From the human T2T-CHM13v2.0 reference genome, Homo sapiens, in assembly GCF_009914755.1 (NCBI RefSeq), contig NC_060931.1: a stretch of 64,000 bases of DNA, one strand, 5' to 3'. Within the stretch, counting starts at the first letter, position 1. Every line of letters begins with the position of its first letter. A program made the translations under genes and the position numbers. This document shows positions 38,933 through 51,459 of the stretch, in pieces. The notes under the pieces are model-generated. The model had not been told where the DNA came from, did no database searches, and saw only the letters and a list, made by a program, of their open reading frames with translations.

Positions 38933-39305
<373 letters not shown>

Positions 39306-39678
39306 AAAACTTTTCTTATTTTTATCACCATTGACTAGCTTGGTCTATTCCTGCACTCCGTATAAATGGAATCATATAACATTTTTATTGAGTTATTTTC
39401 CTCCAAAATTAGTATTTCTGAAGTGTATTCATATTGTTGTATCAGCAGGTCATTCTTTATTATGACTAATATTCCACTGTGTAAATATACCACAACTTGT
39501 TTATCCATGCTCCCGTTGATGGATATCCATGTTACTCCTGTCTTCAACTATTATGAATAAAATTGTTGTGAATATTCTTGTGGAATTCTTTCTTGTGGAT
39601 ATATGGATTCTTTTTTTTTTATTTTCTTTTAGGTATAGACTTAAGAGTGGAAATACTGACTCACAGTGTAGATGTGTG

Positions 39679-40415
39679 TGCTATGCTTGCGTGTCCCCAC
39701 AAAAGCTCATGTTGAAATTTGTCAATGTAATGGTATTGGGAGGTGGGACAGTTATCACTAGGTCATCAGGGATCTGCCCTCAGAAACAGATCAACGCCCT
39801 ATTGTGGGAGTGAATAAGTTGTCTTGGGAATGGTCTTCTGATAAAAAGTATGAATTCAGCCACTTTCTCTGTCTTGGGTGCTTGCTTCCCCTTCTTTCTG
39901 CCTTGGATAATAGCAGGAGGCCCTCAGCAGTTATGGCCCTTTGATCTTGGACTTCTCGGTCTCCAGATCTATAAGCCAAATAAATCCCTTGTCTTTATAA
40001 ATTACCCAGTCTGTGGTATTTCTCTACAGCAGTAGGAAAGAAATTGAAAGAAAACATGGTGCTGAGAGTGGCGCTGTTGCTACAACAAGGACCTGAAAAT
40101 GTAGAAACAGCTTTGGTTAATGGCAAATGGGTAATGGATAGAGGTTGGAAGAATTCGGAGAAGCAGACAAGCAAAAGCCTAGATTGCTGAAATAGATCAT
40201 TAAGGGTAATTCTGGTGAAGGCTCAGGGGGAAATGAGGAACAAGATATCGGAAATCAAAGTAAATGCTATCCTTGTTGTAGGTAGCAAAAACCTTGGAAA
40301 AATTGTGTCCTGTTCTAGGACTTTCTGGAATAAAAATATTATGAGCTATTAGCTAGGATATCTACTGAAGGAAATATCTAAGCAGCTAAGCATTCAGGCT
40401 ATTGTGGACTACTTT
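39679..40415 (+). mobile_element. MaLR (MST-like) LTR + internal fragment, unit 2
   Basis: Paralog of 20385-21120. Confidence 0.7.
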
Positions 40416-41184
40416 CAGGCACCAGGAAATTTAACCCAGCAAGAAAGGAGCCAAGGGAATAGATTTTGCAAACCAGCACAGATGGTGACACTACCTCCCT
40501 CTGCTGTCCTGTCTCCAATAAGACAAACTCGCTCTGGAGTTAGAGAAAAGAGGAGCCAGTTAACATAATACACTGGGGTCAGCTTCTGAAGGCAGGGTGG
40601 ATCTGAAGGGAATAACATAAACTGTCCAGAGCACTACGTATAGGATGACCTTGAGGGTGCTGAGTCCCAAGCTGGCTAGGTCTGTGCTATGAGCTGAGAA
40701 GGCCCTAGAATTATTTCTGGGGAATCTGAACTCTTGATAATTTACAGACAACACAGGTCTGCTTTGATTCTGATCAGATGGACTAAATCTTGGGGACTCT
40801 GCACCGCTGGCCACTCAGGAAATGGGTTGGGAATGTTGCCTGAGACAGGAAAATATGATAAGAAACATGGTGTGAATCTAGCATCAGAAAGATGATGTGA
40901 GAACAGCAAGGAAGAACTGCAACTTGAGGTTTAATCACAGGCTCCTCATCCTCCCCTGATGGGCAGGTGTGTGAGCTCCAGGATGGAGTACCACAGCACT
41001 AGGTGGGAGAAGGGTGATAGGGTGGTGGGGCTGCCTGTGAGCTGGGGCAGTGTAGGTAGAGGAGCAACTGTATCACCACAGAAGCTTCTGCCTTCACACA
41101 TTCCTCCAGCTCTGCAGGACAGGTTGAGTCCAGGGTCCGTAGTGCGCTAGACTTAAGGAAGGCTGCATGGGGAGGACACAGGAC

Positions 41185-41194
41185 AGTGACATCA
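41185..41194 (+). promoter_or_regulatory. TRBV promoter decamer of TRBV5-5
   Basis: AGTGACATCA. Confidence 0.8.
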
Positions 41195-41300
41195 CAGGAT
41201 ACCCCTCCCATCAGGAAAATCAAGGCTCAGAACTCACTGGGTTCTTCCCCAGGAGGACCAAGCCCTGAATCAGGTGCAGTGCTGCCTGCCCCACTGTGCC

Positions 41301-41765
41301 ATGGGCCCTGGGCTCCTCTGCTGGGTGCTGCTTTGTCTCCTGGGAGCAGGTGAGTCCTGGGCACAGGACAGCAGCCCCATTCTCAGCTTTTCCACCCGTG
41401 TCCTCCACTTTACCATGGAGAAGACCTCCAGGCTGTCTCCTGAGCTCATCCTCCATCTGCTTTTCCCACAGGCCCAGTGGACGCTGGAGTCACCCAAAGT
41501 CCCACACACCTGATCAAAACGAGAGGACAGCACGTGACTCTGAGATGCTCTCCTATCTCTGGGCACAAGAGTGTGTCCTGGTACCAACAGGTCCTGGGTC
41601 AGGGGCCCCAGTTTATCTTTCAGTATTATGAGAAAGAAGAGAGAGGAAGAGGAAACTTCCCTGATCGATTCTCAGCTCGCCAGTTCCCTAACTATAGCTC
41701 TGAGCTGAATGTGAACGCCTTGTTGCTGGGGGACTCGGCCCTGTATCTCTGTGCCAGCAGCTTGG
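41301..41765 (+). CDS. TRBV5-5: TCR beta variable segment TRBV5-5 (leader 41301-41349, intron 41350-41471, V exon 41472-41765)
   Basis: GPVDAGVTQSPTHLIKTRGQHVTLRCSPISGHKSVSWYQQVLG...YYEKEE...YLCASSL. Confidence 0.96.
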
Positions 41766-41804
41766 CACAGCCCGGCAGAATCACTGACATTCTGTATATA
41801 AACT
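41766..41804 (+). other. 23-RSS of TRBV5-5
   Basis: CACAGCC + 23 nt + ATATAAACT. Confidence 0.9.
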
Positions 41805-43021
41805 TCCTGCCGTAACTTTGACTTGAGAGCTGCAGGCCCCACCCAGGTTTCACTCCTTCAAGGGAAGCTTTTAGTTGCTTGGAAGGCATGTCTTGTGTCC
41901 TACTGAGGGCAGACCTTTCCCAACCAATAGAGCCCAGGTTTCCTGTGCCCTGAGTGTGCCTGCTTCTGTGCTGCATCTTCTTGCAGCTTGTCCCTTCCTG
42001 GGTAACTTCAGTATAAGAGTGACTGCTGAGCGCTTGGTGTGTGCTAGATTTTTGTATATGTTACATATCTTAAAGCTTTTCCACAACCTTGCAAATCAAA
42101 CATTCTCATCCTTCCTTTACAGATGGGAGGCTCAGGGACATTGAGTCATTTTCCCCGGTGTCTCCTGGCTTGTAAGGATCAGAAGTGGGAAACAAACTAG
42201 TCCATCCATTTTCCACCTACCCCCCTGTTTCATCACCACCTTCTGTATCCTGTTCAGTAAACCAGAGCCCTCACACTGCCCTCTAGTGACCAGCAGGGCC
42301 GCAGCAGAGGCTCAGATGTCTTCAGGGGGTTATTACTATGGCCTCCTAATTAGCAATTTTGAGGAATGTTAAATTTCACACTTTTTAAAAAATCATTTAT
42401 ATGCATTCCCTTTATCTTTCCCATGTCTGTAGCTTACATTTTCATTTTTATGGTGTTTTTTGATGTACAAGAGTTTAATTTAATGCCACAAAAATGAAAA
42501 ACAATTTTGTTTGTGTGTAGACAAAAACTTCTTTCTCATATAAATGTCTAAACATATTTTTCTTAATTTATTCTAGTAAAATTTAAGTTTGGCTTTTCTC
42601 CATTAAGAAGAAATGTACCTGAAATATATCTCACGTCAGAAATAACATAGAGACCTAGGAATGGGAGGGAAGCACATATGTTCAGTGAAGAAGCAACAGC
42701 CTGTCAAAAAGATCCCAAAATGGACACCCTGCGCTGACGGTGGAGAGGTAGCTGGAGGGTAAATGATCACGAACTTTATCAAGCTGTTGTTGTTAGAAGA
42801 GGGACAGCCAGGAGCAGAGACCACATGGGTGAAGGTTTATGACTTGACTCTAGGTTGAAGGTTGCAGCAGGTAGAGGGCGGAATTGCAGGCAGAGGGCAG
42901 AGTCACTGGCTGGCAGGGGCAGTGGCATCACCAGTGACTCTACTGACATCCAGGAATTATGTCCCCAACACACAAAGTGAAAAAACTCCCAACAATCTGC
43001 ACATTTTTCCCTGGCCCTGCT

Positions 43022-43477
43022 CTGGCCACCAGACTCCTCAGTGGTGTGGCCTTTTGCCTCCTGGGGGCAGGTGAGATCTTTAAAGCCTTTTCCTTGGCTC
43101 ACCACATCCTAGCCTAAGCCTTTACATCAGGTCTGCATTATTGGGGTCCCTCCTTGGTCACTCAACTTCCTTCTATCATAGACTTCACAGATGCTGGAAC
43201 AACCTGATCCCAAGATACCAGAGAACAAAGGCAGGACGCGAAGTGACATGGAGATGCCTGAGACTGCCATCCATGAATACAGGTGCAGATGTTAATAGGA
43301 GCCGAAGCTGGTGCACAGCTGATCTGTCCCAGCACACACTACAGAGAAATCCCTGAATGTCTCTGACTTCCTCTCAAAGCCAAATATGTGGCCTTGGTGT
43401 CAGACAGCCTCTCCCAGACCTCTGTGCCCTCTTGCACCAGGCTTTACCCCACAGCCACCTTCCTCTGCACACAAAGT
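43022..43477 (+). pseudogene. Decayed TRBV relic C, copy 2
   Basis: (CTG)ATRLLSGVAFCLLGA|GTGAGA; DFTDAG..PRYQRTKAGREVTWRC; CACAGCC-12-ACACAAAGT (43450-43477). Confidence 0.75.
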
Positions 43478-46400
43478 TCAGTGGAAGATATAGGTGGCCT
43501 TGTCTTTACGAGATCGTGATCTGGGCAGTGGAAAACATTGTCCCATAGGAGTCTCCCCAACACTGCCCAGGCTGGGGCCTTCAGAGCTCGGAGCAGCTCT
43601 GTGCATATGAAACTCTGCCTTGTGTTGAGCTTCTCTGCCAGGCCAGTCTCAGCTGGACAAAGGAACGCACATCACCATGATGTGAGTAGATGCAGCCTCT
43701 CTTCCAGGCCCCTCCTGCAGCTCTGGCCTCAGAAGTCCTCTTTCTCAATTGCTCTCAGGAAGGAAAGTTCATTTGAAATTGTATATTTGCAGACAGCATT
43801 GACAACACAGGTCTACGTATGTCCAATCCCATCTTCCATTTGTAACAAATACAAACACTGTGGTGTGCTTCTTTTCACCCCTCTTTTCTGTGTTCATGCA
43901 CACCTTTCTACCCAAGTACACCTACAGAAATTGGGTTCACCTGTACACTTTACTGGCCACATGCATACTCTTTTCTGTTAATATACCCTGGTCTTATTGT
44001 TCCAGATTGGTCGATATAGATCTAACTTGCTCCTATTAGCTGCTTCATATTGCATAATGAGGGTAGACAGGTACATTCATGCTCTATTGTCTGAGTCCTA
44101 AATTCTGCCAAATCTTTTCTAAAGTGACTGAATGACCTCTTTATGCTTCCAAGTTCTCCTCACCCCAGCACCCAGTTGATGAATGCAGCTTTTCCATCAC
44201 TCATAATCCTAGCAGGTGTGAGAGCTTTATCAGTTTCTCCTGCATGAGGAGACAGGGAGAGATAAAAGGATAGATGTTTATCGAACCTACCAGAGCCTAC
44301 ACAGTATCTCAGTTCATCCTCATAAAGCATGGAGAGGAATGTGCGTCTTGTTTTATAGACGAGTCTAGATGTGGCTAGAGTCCAGGAAGGTTAATGAATG
44401 GCATTGCCCATGGTCTCAGAGCTAATAAATGGTGGAGCCAGATGGAGGACAGTTGGCTTGCCTCTGTGTAGAACTGATAGAGGGGTCACTGGAGTTTGAG
44501 GGAGGTGAAGTCTAGAACCATCTGGCGTTGTCTTCGGATCAGACGCCAGGGGGCAGTAGAGTCTGTGTACCCTACAGCACTGAAGGTAAAAGTATCATGG
44601 TGTTGGCAGTGGGGAGGTACTAGAGTGGGTATGTGGTTAGTGGCCAGGAACCAGAAGATCTGAACTTTGAAAAAATTTTTCCCATCACAAGACGTAGCAG
44701 AGACACTGATGTGGATAATCTAGGCCAGAGAACTGTGTGACGAGCTGTTCTTAAAATGAGGGAGGGAGGAGAAGCAACTAAGGGTCACTTCCTCTACATG
44801 AAATGGAGAGGAAAACAATGTTAACTAGAATCTCATCTGATTTTAGTCAGTTTTGCTTTGTAAGTAGTTGCAAGGTGGGACAATTTATTTTTGACATTAA
44901 GTAAACATCTATACGGCTTCTTTACCTTATGAAGTCTGGTGGTGAAGGCAAAAATGGTACGGCCAATGGAGTCACAGTTTGTTTAATAAATAACTCAGAG
45001 TTCAAATGGAGACTCTCATGGGCCAGAAATTGGTAAATGTTCCTGCATTCTAAAATTAGGAGGATCTTATTTTCTTTGAATCAACAGAGAAGGAAGCACA
45101 GGCAGTGGGGAGGGACAGTAGGGAACTCGGCAGAGTGGCCACAGAATGTGGAAGACAAAGGACATGTAATACCAAATTCTAAGCTGTGAAGTTGTGATGC
45201 AACCCTCCTCCTTCTCCTAATGTTTTTCAGGTCTCAGCACAGATGCACACCTGAGGGAGTAACTTCTTTGGAAATGAAGGACAAATAGCTGTGTAATAAT
45301 AAGTCCACCTTACAAAGCACAACTGGAAATGGAAACAAGATTATTTCTAAGGCCTTTTCTACTCTAAGAGTAACTTAGTAGCAAGCTGAGAGGTGAGGAT
45401 GGGGGGATGTTCATCCACACGCAATGAGTACCATGAGGCTCTACCATGAAGCATATAGTCCTCAGTGTGAATCAGAGCCCTAAGAAGAATAATGCCCTTT
45501 ACATTGCTTTGCCCTCTGCCATCCTAAACCCATCCCACCCATAATTAAGCAGCCATGGAAATGAAGGGAGCCAGAAGGAATCAAACCCTGCTGCTTGGTT
45601 CAGTAGACAGAGGGACCTGGGGGCAGGGTGTTGGCTGGGTCTAGGAGAAGATGATGAGCTCAGAAAATAGACAAGGAGAAACCCCAGGGGAAAGCTTGTA
45701 AAATCCTGGAGGAATCACAAGATATATTATTTGAGCTCCTTTTTATTTATTACTAAATTAATGGCAGGAATCCCATATAAAGGGATATTCCTTATGAAAC
45801 ATGACATCTAAAGTACAAACAGAGGATTCTTCCTTACCCTAAATCCTGCCCTCTCTCCCTGAGTCTCTTACGCATCAGGCCACCTTTGTGCCCATAAGTC
45901 ATGGGCAACGCAGTGTGGTCACCTTCATCCACACCTAGAGGACAGTCAGCAAAGTGAGGTGGTTCTGCCTGCTGCGGTCTCACCCCAGACATGGAAAGCA
46001 AGAGCCCTGGGTGGAGCTGAAGGTGCTCAGCTGGGTTTATCAGGAGTCTCATCTGTCAGTGGATTGACAAGAAACAGAGCAAAACGACTCCTCCAATGTT
46101 GATGAGCCTGCCCCTGGGTTTTGGAAACCTGATAACAGAGAAAACCAATATAGACAAAGGATTTTAAACAGGATTATGGTCAATTAAGCAAATTAGAAAA
46201 AGATACTTGAAAGAATATTTGGGACACAGGAGTCAAAAACACCAGGAAGACATGAGGAGTGTCCCTAAGACTCTAGACTACAGCACTGTGTAGACAACTA
46301 ACACCAGAATATTATTATATTATCGAAGTAATAAAATTTACAGTGAATTACAAACTGTTTCCAAAAGGTCATGAAAATCTTGTAGACTTGTTTCAATTCA

Positions 46401-46608
46401 GACAAATGTGTTCTTCTCATTCTCAGCTGTTCACTGGTGCATTTATCTTGAATTTGACCATCTGGGGAATGGGCGTGGCCTCTCCTGACAGGAAGGCTCT
46501 GGGGGCCAGGCAGGGAGAATGATGTCTCAGAATGACTCCCTTGAGAGTCCAGTTCCCCTTTCATCAATGCACAGACCCAGAAGACCCCTCCGTCCTGCAG
46601 CCCCTGCC

Positions 46609-47041
46609 ATGAGCCTCGGGCTCCTGTGCTGTGTGGCCTTTTCTCTCCTGTGGGCAGGTGGGTCCTGGGCAGGGCCCCTTGTGTGGATATCAAGGCCCAG
46701 CCCCTTTCCACTGGAGCTGTAGCATCAGCTTTGTCCTTCCCTGCAGGTCCAATGAATGCTGGTGTCACTCAGACCCCAAAATTCCACGTCCTGAAGACAG
46801 GACAGAGCATGACTCTGCTGTGTGCCCAGGATATGAACCATGAATACATGTATCGGTATCGACAAGACCCAGGCAAGGGGCTGAGGCTGATTTACTACTC
46901 AGTTGCTGCTGCTCTCACTGACAAAGGAGAAGTTCCCAATGGCTACAATGTCTCCAGATCAAACACAGAGGATTTCCCCCTCAAGCTGGAGTCAGCTGCT
47001 CCCTCTCAGACTTCTGTTTACTTCTGTGCCAGCAGTTACTC
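46609..47041 (+). CDS. TRBV6-7: TCR beta variable segment TRBV6-7, open frame but conserved FR2 Trp replaced by Arg (leader 46609-46657, intron 46658-46746, V exon 46747-47041)
   Basis: [44 protein letters not shown]...SVAAAL...YFCASSYS; CGG at 46854-46856 where the paralogs have TGG. Confidence 0.94.
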
Positions 47042-47080
47042 CACAGCGCTGCAAGGCTGTCTCCTCTCTGCACATAAAGG
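47042..47080 (+). other. 23-RSS of TRBV6-7
   Basis: CACAGCG + 23 nt + ACATAAAGG. Confidence 0.9.
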
Positions 47081-47862
47081 CAAGGGAAGGTGCTGCCCTC
47101 CTCCCCCACCCAAGACTCAAGGATGCCCTGGGCAGAGATCTCTGCACCAGGAACCTTGGAACCCAGAGTGGCCCCAAGTGGCCCGGACAGTATGAGCCTC
47201 GCTCTGTGCCACGTGCCTCTGCAGGCATCTCAGCCAGGCCTGGACTGGTCCCAGGTCCTCAGATGTCTCCCTTGTTGCTCTCTCTGGTCTGTCCTCCGAG
47301 GTCTCCTTTCGGGTTGTGGCCAGGGCTTCCCCAGCTCCTACTTTTCTACTCATCATCCTGAGTCCGAGGCCCCCAGGGTGGAAGAGGATTTGTATTTCAG
47401 ATCCATCTAGACTCCTGTCTCTTCCTGGTGACCATGTTGCTTCCTCTCTCTAGGGTTTCCCCCAGCCCCCACCCTCACGTAGTCTCTCCTGTGGCCCACC
47501 TTTCCCATCTGGGCAGTCACCCTCCAAGGCCTTGCTGGGTCTCTCCTCCCCTCACTTCCCCGCCCCTTTCTACTGCAGCTATAAGGGGAGCCTCTCTTCT
47601 GTGCCTCCTTCCTTCCCATCAAAGAGATTTCAAAGGCCATTCCCTCTGCCCTAGGCTAGAGGCTACCTTTTCTACTGGCCAGCGCCTACCTGTGCTTCAG
47701 ATCTCAGCATAATCTGCCCCTCCTGCAGGAAGCACTCCCCCGCCTCCCAGCTGAGATCAACTTTCCACTCAAAAGCTCTCATAGAATCATGTGTCTGTTG
47801 GTAACCTTTAGCACAGTTGGGCTTTCTCAGGTACTTGTCTGATAATTTTTGTACTCCACCCA

Positions 47863-48183
47863 TTTTTTTTCCCTATTTTTCCTTTTTTTTTTGAGACAGA
47901 GTCTCGCTCTGTCACCAGGCTGGAATACAGTGGCACTACCTCGGCTCACTGCAACCTCCGACTCTCCGACTCTCTGGTTCAAGCGATTCTCCTGCCTCAG
48001 CCTCCCAAGTAGCTGGGATTACAGGCACACACCACCACACCCAGCTAATTCTTTTTGGTATTTTTAGTACAGACAGGGACTCACCATGTTGGTCAGGATG
48101 GTCCCGATCTCCTGACCTCATGATCCACCTGCCAAGGCCTCCCAAAGTGCTGGGATTACAGGCATGAGCCACTATGCCCAGAC
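47863..48183 (-). mobile_element. Alu (AluSc-like), same insertion as 29553-29847
   Basis: Same site and orientation downstream of TRBV6. Confidence 0.9.
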
Positions 48184-49296
48184 TCTCCACCGAATTTTTA
48201 AGCCCATGAGAGCTAAGGCTGTGCCTGCTGCATTTACCAACATCGGTGCCTGGCATGTGGGGAGACCCATTTCACAGAGAATGGATGAGTGAATGACAGG
48301 CTGAGTGAGTGATGAGTGGGTGGACGAACCAATAGTAGGAACATGCTACACCTACTGTAACTTGGCAGAGATCTAGCATTAAGTACAAGAAAGCCCACCC
48401 CTTTGATTTTTGGGCTCAGGTTGGTCTTGGAAATTGATGGGGAATCACTACCATGGCGGCCACACCTGGCTCAAGGCTTCCTCTTGTGGCTACAACACCT
48501 GAACTCCTCCAGGTCTCTGTGCTCTCCTTCAGGGTCTTTCCCCACAACAAATCCAGACAGATCAGGGATCCACTTCTAGAATTCCATCCATAAAGGTTGT
48601 TCCTTGAAACCACCTCTAGTAAGAAAATCTCCATTAGGTTTGCATCAATAAAACAGAGCCACTACAAATTTGACAGTGTAACCGATTTATGATCAGAATT
48701 AGACCTTATGCATATGTAGGAGGAGCTGAGAAAGAGAAGGTCTGGAGGAGAGAAGTCAGAAAGTGAGGGAGCCAGTCAGTAGCCAGGGCTCCTGGAGCTC
48801 TGGCAGGACAGGCTGGAGTGGCAGGGACATGACAGGATCAGAGCATGCCAGGCCATGCAGTGGGACCTTGACCTGGGAGCACAGGAAAAGGCCAAGGAAA
48901 TCTGTGTCTGGGGAAGCTGTTCCCTCTGTGTGGGGGCCACCCATGTACGTGCACTGCCAAACACGGGGCAGCCTGGCTGCTTTTGGGAAGATGAACTGTA
49001 CACAGGGTGCAGAAGGAACAGGACTTCCAAGGTCTATTGGATGCCTCTGTATCTGCTGGCCACTGACTCTCACTGTCTGACCACAGTTATCTGCTATGTG
49101 TAATAGTGACTGTTTTACATCTATCTTCCAAATTTTACACAAATGTATCCTTGACCATCTCTAACCCAGAATGATAACAGAAACGTCACTCTGGGAAGGC
49201 AGACTCCTACCTTTGCAAAGTTGACTTAACACAATCCAGCACAGGATGGATTCTCCCAGATTAAGGCATCAGATCACACAACTGTCTCGACCTGCC

Positions 49297-49800
49297 ATGG
49301 TCTGTGGACTCCTCTCCAGGGGACACCTGTGCCGCCCAGGTGAATGTGGACACAATTTGTATGTAGATGTTCCAGACACTGGTGACTAAGTTTTCTTTAA
49401 TCGTGTGCCTGAACTCTCACTCCACCCAGAGGCAGGGCTCTGCCTCCTGCTTCTGTCTCCTTCCTGAGCTTCCGTCCTGCTGGAGTTGCATGGACATCAG
49501 AACCCTGGTCAGAGTGCAGCGACCTGTGGAGACAGTGGGAGGGAAGCTCACCTCTTGCTGTCTTCCTGGACCTAGTTCGGTTATACCCAAAGCAACTTCT
49601 CTGGTCTCCCTTTGGACTCTGCAGTATCAGAAATGTGCTTCATGAATTTGTAGCTGATCAGCTCAATGATTTGATGGCCAACCCAAAGTGAAATCCTAAG
49701 ATCTGCAGAAATTGCCGGCATTTCTGTGAAGATGGCAAGAATACTGTGTGCTAGAGATGCCTTCTCTCCATGTAGAGACCTGGCCCCAAAACAAGACAGA
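49297..49800 (+). pseudogene. Possible TRBV relic E, copy 3 (leader plus a very decayed V-like exon)
   Basis: CCTGCCATG..MVCGLLS..CAG|GTGAAT; pyrimidine tract 49438-49480; MDI..VETVGGKLTSCC resembles FR1; weak. Confidence 0.35.
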
Positions 49801-50810
49801 GCAGAGAGGGCCAAAGAGCCCAAAACATGTCTCAGATGGTTGAAGGGCAATTTCCTAGGACAATCCTGCTGACAAAATTTCATCCCTCCTATTACACGCC
49901 TGACCACCCTTCTCCCCAGATCAGCTGAGTACCCAGGATATCACACATCCCAGCATCTTCTAACAAGGGAAAATTCTTCACATGCCAGCCTTCTTCCTGC
50001 ACCACATTGACTAACCCTGGAAACTTCGCCTTTCCAGAAAAAAGCTGTCTTCTCTTGGCCCAGTCTAGCCCAGTAGGTTTAATTCATGATTTATGTGACC
50101 TTTTAATTTACTCAGAGGAGAACATATGATTTCAGAGTAAAGAATATTCATTTTACTTTGTATAAGTTGGACCTAAACAGTAAACTGAGTACTTCTCTTC
50201 CATCAGTGTCTTAAATTAGACAACGGTAAAACAAATCTTTGATGCAAGAACTTTAGGTCCTGGTGTTTTTCATATGGAAGATCCCAGCTATCCAGTCCAG
50301 GGCATGGAATAGATGAGCGTTAATAAGTCACTCTATGCCTGAGATGGTTTTCTATTGGCATCTTTTCTGAGTTACAGTTAACAAAGGTGGGAAATGATCC
50401 CAGAAGAAAGGCACGAGGGCAGTTCTTGAGGGAATCCATGTGATAGGACAGTCATTGGGCACGTGTGACTGGGGGAATGGAGGAGGCTGGAGCATGAATG
50501 GGGATGGCACTGGGGACCCTGACTTGCAGGAAATGCAATGAGCTCACCACTTTGTGCCCTATGTTAGGGGCGGTGTTGGTGCATCCTAGAGTAAATGTCC
50601 AGCAGACAAAGGAGCAAGAAGCGGCTGTGGGATGACAAGATAAACTCAGAGATACAGCATGAGACCTCCGGGTCCAGACAGCTCTGGAGCCCAAGGCGAT
50701 GAGCCATGCATTGATGTTGTTAAAAAGGAGCTGATAAATATTTAAAGCAGCACCCAACTGTGTTCTAATAGAAATGCTGTGATCCTGAGGTCCTGGGGAT
50801 TGAGAGAGGA

Positions 50811-50820
50811 AGTGATGTCA
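50811..50820 (+). promoter_or_regulatory. TRBV promoter decamer of TRBV7-6
   Basis: AGTGATGTCA. Confidence 0.8.
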
Positions 50821-50921
50821 CTGTGGGAACTGCCCTGTGGAGACAAGGACATCCCTCATCCTCTGCTGCTGCTCACAGTGACACTGATCTGGTAAAGCCC
50901 TCATCCTGTCCTGACCCTGCC

Positions 50922-51026
50922 ATGGGCACCAGTCTCCTATGCTGGGTGGTCCTGGGTTTCCTAGGGACAGGTGAGTCCTCAGAACACAAAGTAGTTTCAT
51001 TTTTTTTTCTGTGTGTAGGCGTGTGG

Positions 51027-51076
<50 letters not shown>

Positions 51077-51420
51077 ACGACAAATGTTTTCCTTATTCTG
51101 TTGCCAAATTCTATTTCCACAGATCACACAGGTGCTGGAGTCTCCCAGTCTCCCAGGTACAAAGTCACAAAGAGGGGACAGGATGTAGCTCTCAGGTGTG
51201 ATCCAATTTCGGGTCATGTATCCCTTTATTGGTACCGACAGGCCCTGGGGCAGGGCCCAGAGTTTCTGACTTACTTCAATTATGAAGCCCAACAAGACAA
51301 ATCAGGGCTGCCCAATGATCGGTTCTCTGCAGAGAGGCCTGAGGGATCCATCTCCACTCTGACGATCCAGCGCACAGAGCAGCGGGACTCGGCCATGTAT
51401 CGCTGTGCCAGCAGCTTAGC
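50922..51420 (+). CDS. TRBV7-6: TCR beta variable segment TRBV7-6 (leader 50922-50970, intron 50971-51122, V exon 51123-51420)
   Basis: [16 protein letters not shown]|[40 protein letters not shown]...FNYEAQ...MYRCASSLA. Confidence 0.96.
51029..51072. repeat. (GT)22 microsatellite in the TRBV7-6 intron
   Basis: Direct count. Confidence 0.95.
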
Positions 51421-51459
51421 CACAGTGTGGCATAGTCGTCTCCTTCCTGTTCACAAACC
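51421..51459 (+). other. 23-RSS of TRBV7-6 (consensus heptamer)
   Basis: CACAGTG + 23 nt + TCACAAACC. Confidence 0.92.

Noticed and set aside
50874-50901. CACAGTG heptamers in TRBV7 promoters and about 140 nt 3' of the TRBV7 RSSs
   Set aside because: No convincing nonamer at 12- or 23-nt spacing.
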